Positions 8,649 through 13,811 of a DNA stretch of 47,949 bases are shown in pieces. The stretch is from a virus (lineage: Duplodnaviria > Caudoviricetes), in IMG/VR virus record IMGVR_UViG_3300043432_000149, positions 1 through 47,949 of that record. One strand, written 5' to 3'. The notes beneath the pieces were generated by a model that saw nothing but the letters and a program-made list of their open reading frames with translations, was not told the DNA's origin and made no database searches. Both the position numbers and the translations under genes were made by a program. Position 1 is the first letter of the stretch. Each line of letters begins with the position of its first letter.

Positions 8649-9080
8649 CTACAGGCGGAATCGACGACCCTGGATGACGGCGGGCATCAAATGGTCAAAA
8701 TCTGCATCGGTGGTGATCAGGTGCGCGCCAGTCGCCTTTGTGGCGGCGGCTATCCATAGATCGTTCTTGCCCATAACGCGGCTTCCGGCAGGGTGGGCAT
8801 GGGAGACAGCATCAATCTCAACGTAGGCATCAATCACCGCTCGACTGTTGATGTCGACCATTACCAGTGACGACAACGCGGCATCAAGGGCGGCTGCCTT
8901 CGGGCCTCCCCAGCTATTCCTTCGGGCCAACGATCTGATTTCCCCTTCCGTGACGACGCATGCCATGGGGCGGCGCGCGCCCTTGTTGGCGTCTATGAAG
9001 CTGGCTATTTCTTGCCCGACGGCGCCACGACGAGCCACCATCATCACGATCGCGGAAGTGTCCAGGAGGAGCCCGCTCAT
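8649..9080 (-). CDS. PIN-domain (VapC-like) ribonuclease
   Basis: LLLDTS, VTEGEI, MGKNDLWIAA, LITTDADF acidic active-site motifs. Confidence 0.9.
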   Translation of the reverse strand: MSGLLLDTSAIVMMVARRGAVGQEIASFIDANKGARRPMACVVTEGEIRSLARRNSWGGPKAAALDAALSSLVMVDINSRAVIDAYVEIDAVSHAHPAGSRVMGKNDLWIAAATKATGAHLITTDADFDHLMPAVIQGRRFRL

Positions 9081-10027
9081 CCGTTCAGTTCCCTGAGCGC
9101 GTCCAGCAGTTCCTCTTCGGTCTCCTCGCCCGGCCAATCACCCCACGGCGGGCCTCCGAGCGTCGCTTGCGGAAGGGGCGGCGCGGGGGCGATCTGTCGC
9201 CTCGATCTGGGCGGGACGGCAAACACTGCGTCTCCAGGCCCGGATTCTTCTTCTATGGATTCGGCATGTATTGCCCAGAGCTTTCCGGATCGCCTAAATA
9301 GGCCAAGACCTTCAGCAACTACGCTGTGGCCCCAAAGCCGGCGGAGCCTTTCTGGGTCGTGACGCCCTGTCCACGCCTGCACGATGTCGCCGTTCTGGAG
9401 CCGGAGGACAACATGAGAACTCGACGCCGAGATGGTATCAAGGATCGCCAGCGTGCGAACCGGCTCAGGGTCGGGCGTCTCTTGAGACAGGCGCAAGAGC
9501 CGCTCCCTGTCCTGTCCCCTGAGCAGGAGGGGCTTCGTTCTCGCCCCAATCCTGCCGAAGTCCAGGGATTCAAGGCCAGAATTTGCGAATGTCGCAAGGT
9601 TTGCGCACGTCTCTAGCAGGGGCTTGTCGGCCAAAACGAGATCGTCATTCCCGGAAAGCGCAGCCTCCAGGATGTCTACGAATAGCTCGATCGTTGTGGC
9701 GGATCCGAGAGCGGGAGGCGCCGCGCTCTCGAATAAACCCGGATCGAGCATGTCGGCAATCGGGCCTTGCCGAACCTCATCCAGCGTGAATGCCTCGACA
9801 TAAAGGGTTTGTGGGGAATTTCTTGACAACCCGACGATGTCGATGCCTGCGGCCCTGGTAAGCCAACCGGGTCTCGTTCCGGATTTCGTGCTCTGCCCCT
9901 CTGCCAAAAACCGGAGTGCCTGCTCTCCGCCAGCAATGAGGGACTGAATTAGCACCAGGAGCGCGCCGCCAGGGAGGCGGACGCCGGCGCTGTCGGGTCC
10001 GTTGATGATGATCGGGTGCTGTTTCAT
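9077..10027 (-). CDS. 316-aa PIN-partner protein of unknown function
   Basis: GGAGG RBS; ATGA overlap with the PIN gene; acidic C-terminal tail WGDWPGEETEEELLDAL. Confidence 0.75.
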   Translation of the reverse strand: MKQHPIIINGPDSAGVRLPGGALLVLIQSLIAGGEQALRFLAEGQSTKSGTRPGWLTRAAGIDIVGLSRNSPQTLYVEAFTLDEVRQGPIADMLDPGLFESAAPPALGSATTIELFVDILEAALSGNDDLVLADKPLLETCANLATFANSGLESLDFGRIGARTKPLLLRGQDRERLLRLSQETPDPEPVRTLAILDTISASSSHVVLRLQNGDIVQAWTGRHDPERLRRLWGHSVVAEGLGLFRRSGKLWAIHAESIEEESGPGDAVFAVPPRSRRQIAPAPPLPQATLGGPPWGDWPGEETEEELLDALRELNG

Positions 10028-10129
10028 GCGTACCTCCTTCCTGCGGTTCTGCCGAATTCTTCAATATACCACTTCGTCAACCCACCCGCCCCTACCTGTT
10101 GCGGATGAGCTGGATCATGCGGGGGAGGG

Positions 10130-10750
10130 CTACTTCTGCGCCGTGGCCTTGAAGTAGATGACAAACGGAGCAACCACCCTGAACTCCGCTCCTGCATAGA
10201 TCCGATTGCCTACCACGAGAACCTGAACCCCGGCCGCAGACTGAAGCCTGCCAAGTTCAAGGCGACGGTCAACAACGGCCGCAACCTCGTCTCCAATTTT
10301 GGCCGGGAAGCTCGGAGTGATGAGAACCTGTCCGCCGATGCGGTACTCGCCGAAATCCTCATCGAGCCTTATCCAGCGGGCCATTGGGTCATTAGACAAA
10401 TTGGGCGACTCATCGAGAGACAGGACAGCGATCTCTTGCATTAGTTTGTCTGGCTGGGCATCCACCGGGAACCTCCCTGACCGGATTACAGGTACCTTTG
10501 GCCGTGCATCTTTCGTTTGTAAGTTGCCACCAAAAAGCCAAGATACATCTACGCCCAAGGCACTGCAAACAGGGGCAAGTTTTCGCACGTCCATCCAGGT
10601 TTCACCGCGCACGAACTTCGATAGGTGGTTGTAATCCGTTTCCGCGTCGGCAGCAATCTGGCGCCAAGAACGCGGGTTCCCGCCCCTCCCCTTTGTGTCC
10701 TTGTCTCGGGCTTCGGAGATGCGCTCTCGAACTATTTTTTCAATGTCCAT
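10130..10750 (-). CDS. cI: CI-like immunity repressor (HTH plus degenerate S24-like beta domain)
   Basis: SWRQIAADAETDYNHLSKFVRGE...ALGVDVSWLFGG; divergent from a cro-like gene. Confidence 0.8.
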   Translation of the reverse strand: MDIEKIVRERISEARDKDTKGRGGNPRSWRQIAADAETDYNHLSKFVRGETWMDVRKLAPVCSALGVDVSWLFGGNLQTKDARPKVPVIRSGRFPVDAQPDKLMQEIAVLSLDESPNLSNDPMARWIRLDEDFGEYRIGGQVLITPSFPAKIGDEVAAVVDRRLELGRLQSAAGVQVLVVGNRIYAGAEFRVVAPFVIYFKATAQK

Positions 10751-10784
10751 GCCATGAGCGTATTCATCGACATTTCCAGAATCA

Positions 10785-10849
10785 ATAGGGATTGAGAGAG
10801 CTATACTCATCGGTTCCTCTTGACAATCAGGATTGTCAATCCTTATTCT
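10785..10849 (+). promoter_or_regulatory. rightward promoter PR (TTGACA-N18-TATTCT) with operators at 10785-10805 (half-site match) and 10826-10846
   Basis: ATCAGGATTGTCAATCCTTAT palindrome lies between the hexamers; same family as the PL operators. Confidence 0.8.
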
Positions 10850-10855
10850 TGGTGC

Positions 10856-11095
10856 ATGGACATCAAGAGCGAAATCAAACGGAGCAGGGAATCTCTGGGG
10901 CTGACCCGGAACGCGCTTTCTGTGCGACTGGGCCTGGACAACACCTACATCCGCAAAGTCGAGGCCGGAGAGATCGATCCCGCGCTGGCGACGCTTCGCA
11001 AGCTCGGGCGCTTCTTTCGCTCCCAGGGCAAGCCGTTCAGCGACCAGCTCGAGCAACTCTTGGGGCTCGCCCCCGCCCTGGAGCCGACCGGATGA
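10856..11095 (+). CDS. cro: Cro-like XRE regulator
   Basis: IKRSRESLGLTRNALSVRLGLDNTYIRKVEAG; first gene after PR. Confidence 0.8.
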   Translation: MDIKSEIKRSRESLGLTRNALSVRLGLDNTYIRKVEAGEIDPALATLRKLGRFFRSQGKPFSDQLEQLLGLAPALEPTG

Positions 11096-11124
11096 GGGGG
11101 CGAACCACCACCAAGGAGAAGACG

Positions 11125-11295
11125 ATGCACCACTGCTGTTGCCTGTACGACCCGAGCCGGCCGCCTGGACCTGATCCGGGGTGGGTGTGGCAAGCGGGAC
11201 ACATCCTGAAGCTTTACGTGCCCCATGGCGACACGAGGCAAGAGCTGCACGAGCACGTCCCTCCGCAGTGGGCGTGGAGGCCCGTCAAGTCATGA
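11125..11295 (+). CDS. 56-aa hypothetical protein
   Basis: AAGGAG RBS; MHHCCCLYDP... Confidence 0.45.
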   Translation: MHHCCCLYDPSRPPGPDPGWVWQAGHILKLYVPHGDTRQELHEHVPPQWAWRPVKS

Positions 11296-11312
11296 TCCAG
11301 GCCTCTCGACCT

Positions 11313-11564
11313 TCACCAGACCTCGGACGTCGGCGTCTCCATGTCGCCTTGCCTGGCGAGCGACCAATCGATGGTTGCCCCGAGCAGCTTGCGCCACAGG
11401 ATGCAGCCAGTCACGGCGCCGCCCTTCCTGTTTTCTTCGGTTTGCGGATTCTTGCCTTGGGCAACGTAACCGCTCACCCACATCACGCAGCCGTCCTTGA
11501 GACACTCGCTCTTCAGAATCGGGCACACCTTGCCGTCGAACTGCTTGTCCATCTCGAACACCAT
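11313..11564 (-). CDS. 83-aa Cys-containing protein, antisense to the PR operon
   Basis: AGGAGG RBS; CPILKSECLKDGCVMW motif. Confidence 0.6.
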   Translation of the reverse strand: MVFEMDKQFDGKVCPILKSECLKDGCVMWVSGYVAQGKNPQTEENRKGGAVTGCILWRKLLGATIDWSLARQGDMETPTSEVW

Positions 11565-11665
11565 ACAAATCCTCCTGAGAGCCTCGATGCCGGTCTTTGC
11601 CTGCGAAGCGGGCCGGCTTCGGGTCTCTCTAAATCCTAACTCTAACCCCGCAAAGCGCCTCTGTC

Positions 11666-12232
11666 ATGCACAAAAACGCCTCAGTTCATGCGCATAAAGG
11701 ACCGTCCGCATCCGAGATCGAGCAGGCCAGAGGGCTCGCCGATGCGGTGGATGCTGCATCGAAGCGCGCCATGCACAAGTATTTCGGCGACAACGGCGCA
11801 GTCCTCAAAGAGGCGCTCGGCGAGGCGCTCGACACCAGCAAGGGGAGCATCAGCCGCCAGACCCAGATCCGCGACCTGCCTGTGCAGTACCGGATACTCG
11901 GCGCGCTCAAAGTGCTCTGCCCGGAGCTGTGGCGCGCGATCCTGGACGCCTCTGGCGATGAGATGGGCATCGAGTGGCGGCCGAAGTCCGCCGTGCAGCC
12001 CTCGCTCGAAGGCGTGCTGGAGGCCATCACCGCCAAACAGATCGCGGCGTCCGAATCCGCTGCCATCGAGTACGCCGCCGCGAAGGACAACCGCATCGAG
12101 CCCATCGAGCTGGACTGGTGCGAGGAGGCATGGCGACACGAGGACCACCTTCGTGAGGCGATGCGCTCGAAGTTGCGGGCGATGGCCCAGGCCGGCGGCG
12201 CGCCGATCCAGCTTCGGAGGGCACAGCCGTGA
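11666..12232 (+). CDS. CII-like phage regulatory protein
   Basis: Position after cro; HTH-like segment; AAAKDNRIEPIE resembles the DGRI motif of the phage CII family. Confidence 0.55.
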   Translation: MHKNASVHAHKGPSASEIEQARGLADAVDAASKRAMHKYFGDNGAVLKEALGEALDTSKGSISRQTQIRDLPVQYRILGALKVLCPELWRAILDASGDEMGIEWRPKSAVQPSLEGVLEAITAKQIAASESAAIEYAAAKDNRIEPIELDWCEEAWRHEDHLREAMRSKLRAMAQAGGAPIQLRRAQP

Positions 12233-12402
12233 GCGTCATCGAAGCCCTCATTGACCTCCTTCTGGAAGTGATCGACTCCGAGCAGTTCCCCGGCGCGCTG
12301 CTGGTGGTGGGCCTACTGCTGGCCCTCAGCGTGTCGGGCGGCTGCCAACTCCGGTGCAGCGTCGAGCCGAGACCGAGCGCGCTGCCGGCGGAGGCTCCAT
12401 GA
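12229..12402 (+). CDS. 57-aa membrane protein
   Basis: GTGA/ATGA overlaps; GALLVVGLLLALSV hydrophobic segment. Confidence 0.55.
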   Translation: MSVIEALIDLLLEVIDSEQFPGALLVVGLLLALSVSGGCQLRCSVEPRPSALPAEAP

Positions 12403-12584
12403 GCAAGCAGCGAGAAATCCCCGAATGGATTATGATCCGGGGCAATCAACTGATTTGCGATCGGTGCGGCGCAACCCGCCCGCTTCATCTTCCTGCCGCC
12501 TTCGACGATGCCATCATGCAGGGAAGGGCGTTTTCGCTGGCCCACGAGCGATGCCCGGCACCGCCGGCGGAGGCGCAGCCATGA
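12399..12584 (+). CDS. 61-aa zinc-binding hypothetical protein
   Basis: CDRC...HERC; GGAGG RBS; overlaps. Confidence 0.6.
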   Translation: MSKQREIPEWIMIRGNQLICDRCGATRPLHLPAAFDDAIMQGRAFSLAHERCPAPPAEAQP

Positions 12585-12907
12585 CCGCCAACTTCACTGC
12601 AGGCTGCCTTTACGGCATTCCGTGCCGATTCTCTGCCCCCGGAGGCTATCCATTTCCAGGCTCCAGGCTGGCCACTCTCATCTCCTTGACTCTGGATCAG
12701 TCCGCAATCCAGCCAGCGACAGAGCCCCTTTTCGCTGAGGCCAACGGCTCCGGAGCGACCAACGCTTCTATACCTACCGACTCCGGAGCCGGCAACCTCA
12801 ACCGGGCCGAGGCCGGCCAGATAGCTGAGGCGGAATCCGCCGGGCGCGCGATTTATAGTGGCTCGCCGTCCGGCGGCCGACCTCAACCGGGGGGGGCTCG
12901 CCGATGA
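12581..12907 (+). CDS. 108-aa ORF overlying structured RNA hairpins
   Basis: GGAGG RBS and ATGA overlaps at both ends; protein has no recognisable motif. Confidence 0.45.
   Translation: MTANFTAGCLYGIPCRFSAPGGYPFPGSRLATLISLTLDQSAIQPATEPLFAEANGSGATNASIPTDSGAGNLNRAEAGQIAEAESAGRAIYSGSPSGGRPQPGGARR
12734..12891 (+). repeat. two tandem hairpin units, GCTGAGGC...ACCTCAACCGGG (12734-12806 and 12824-12891)
   Basis: Shared flanks with different internal stems: CGGCTCCGGAG/CTCCGGAGCCG and CCGCCGGG/TCCGGCGG. Confidence 0.6.
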
Positions 12908-13632
12908 ACCGCCGGGAGCTAGGTAGGGCGCTCAAGCGCGATCGGGAAGCCGCCGGCCTGCTGCCGAGGCAGATGGCAACCGCCGCGCGGATGTCGCTCG
13001 GTGGTCTGCTCGACTGTGAGTCGGGGCAAGGCGAGGAAGCGCACCTCATCAAGTACGCCGAGGCTCTGGCGAAGATCACGCGCCGGGAGCAGCGGGCGCT
13101 CAAAAAAGCTGGTGCCGTATCTCAGATGGGAGAGGGGGGCTCAACATGCAAGCCGCGAGGCCAGCAGGAGCCGGAGGACGCCGGTTCGAGTCCGGCCGGC
13201 ACCGTCAAAATCCACGGAGGCGTAGCTCAGATGGTAGAGCATCGGCCTAACACAGCCGAGCGCGCCGGTTCGGATCCGGCCGCCTCTGGGGTAGCGCGGG
13301 ATAGCTCAAGGGTGGAGCAGCAGGTCCATAGCCTGCCGGCCGCTGGTTCGAGTCCAGCTCCCGCCATCGAGCCAGCGGAGACGCCCGTTCAAATCGGGCC
13401 GCCGGTGCAGGTCCAACCCCTGCCCGGCGTAGGCCAGCAGGTTGCAGACACCGCCCTGGCTCCAATCCAATCTGAGATCACGGAGCAGCTCAGGCCGACA
13501 AAGACGCGGCGGGTTCAGGGTGCCCGCCGCGCCTCCGAGATCTCGCGTTTTTCCGTGGCGCGGGAGCCGCGCGTGCTCGGGCCGGTCCGGGCGGATTATG
13601 TGCCGCTCTCGGCCAGGGAGCTCGAGGCATGA
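12904..13632 (+). CDS. XRE-like HTH protein whose C-terminal part is encoded by tandem tRNA-like elements
   Basis: LGRALKRDREAAGLLPRQMATAARMS...ESG HTH, then GGVAQMVEH and GSSPA peptides, which are translated D- and T-arms. Confidence 0.6.
   Translation: MNRRELGRALKRDREAAGLLPRQMATAARMSLGGLLDCESGQGEEAHLIKYAEALAKITRREQRALKKAGAVSQMGEGGSTCKPRGQQEPEDAGSSPAGTVKIHGGVAQMVEHRPNTAERAGSDPAASGVARDSSRVEQQVHSLPAAGSSPAPAIEPAETPVQIGPPVQVQPLPGVGQQVADTALAPIQSEITEQLRPTKTRRVQGARRASEISRFSVAREPRVLGPVRADYVPLSARELEA
13111..13204 (+). ncRNA. tRNA-like element 1: full cloverleaf, anticodon loop replaced by a 25-nt insert capped by a GCGA tetraloop
   Basis: Acceptor GGTGCCG/CGGCACC; D-arm TCTC-AGATGGGA-GAGG; stem GGCTC/GAGCC; T-arm GCCGG-TTCGAGT-CCGGC. 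Confidence 0.75.
13216..13288 (+). tRNA. tRNA-like element 2 with an 8-nt anticodon loop (CTAACACA); no encoded CCA
   Basis: Acceptor GGAGGCG/CGCCTCT; D-arm GCTC-AGATGGTA-GAGC; stem TCGGC/GCCGA; T-arm GCCGG-TTCGGAT-CCGGC. Confidence 0.7.
13295..13366 (+). tRNA. tRNA-like element 3, Met(CAT)/initiator-like, loop TC-CAT-AG; no encoded CCA
   Basis: Acceptor CGCGGGA/TCCCGCC with a 1:72 mismatch; D stem GCTC/GAGC; stem GCAGG/CCTGC; T-arm GCTGG-TTCGAGT-CCAGC; discriminator A. Confidence 0.7.
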
Positions 13633-13811
13633 GCGTTTCAATCCCCTCTCGCGGGGCATGCAGCCGCGACAACCCCAACCGGGCGCCAGGCGCCCAAAAG
13701 CAGAGCGGCGGGAATCCGCCAAGACCGCCCGCCGCTCAGAATGGTGCCGAATGCGAGGAAAATATAACACTGCCCGTACTGCCGAGCAAGAGCCGGGGTG
13801 GCGCGTGCTGA
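13629..13811 (+). CDS. 60-aa bridging ORF overlying the CRISPR-like repeat and its antisense promoter
   Basis: ATGA overlap upstream; stop overlaps the start of the primase gene; begins VSIPSRG, which is the translated repeat. Confidence 0.35.
   Translation: MSVSIPSRGACSRDNPNRAPGAQKQSGGNPPRPPAAQNGAECEENITLPVLPSKSRGGAC
13635..13670 (-). CRISPR. solitary CRISPR-like repeat, GTCGCGGCTGCATGCCCCGCGAGAGGGGATTGAAAC (36 nt); not an array
   Basis: GTC start, CCCC-GCGAGA-GGGG hairpin directly followed by the 8-nt ATTGAAAC handle; single copy; no cas genes seen. Confidence 0.7.
13761..13789 (-). promoter_or_regulatory. antisense sigma70-type promoter TTGCTC-N17-TATATT with extended -10 TG, pointing at the solitary repeat
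   Basis: -35 at 13789-13784, -10 at 13766-13761; predicted start near 13754, about 85 nt before the repeat. Confidence 0.6.

Noticed and set aside
8627-10092. 10-bp inverted repeat GGGGCGGGTG / CACCCGCCCC flanking the PIN cassette as transposon ends
   Set aside because: Short and low-complexity in a GC-rich genome; no transposase or target-site duplication seen.
13111-13366. tRNA-like elements as attachment-site remnants or ordinary phage tRNA genes
   Set aside because: They are full-length, multiple and internal to the early operon, far from the putative integrase; all anticodon loops are non-canonical and no CCA is encoded.
13547-13575. Possible degenerate second CRISPR repeat (GTTTTTCCGTGGCGCGGGAGCCGCG)
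   Set aside because: Only short GC-rich matches, needs large gaps and implies a ~60-nt spacer; not enough to call a mini-array.
13442-13804. N-terminal extension of the 879-aa primase ORF in the track
   Set aside because: Arg/Pro-rich read-through over other elements; the recognisable zinc-binding domain starts just after GTG 13805.
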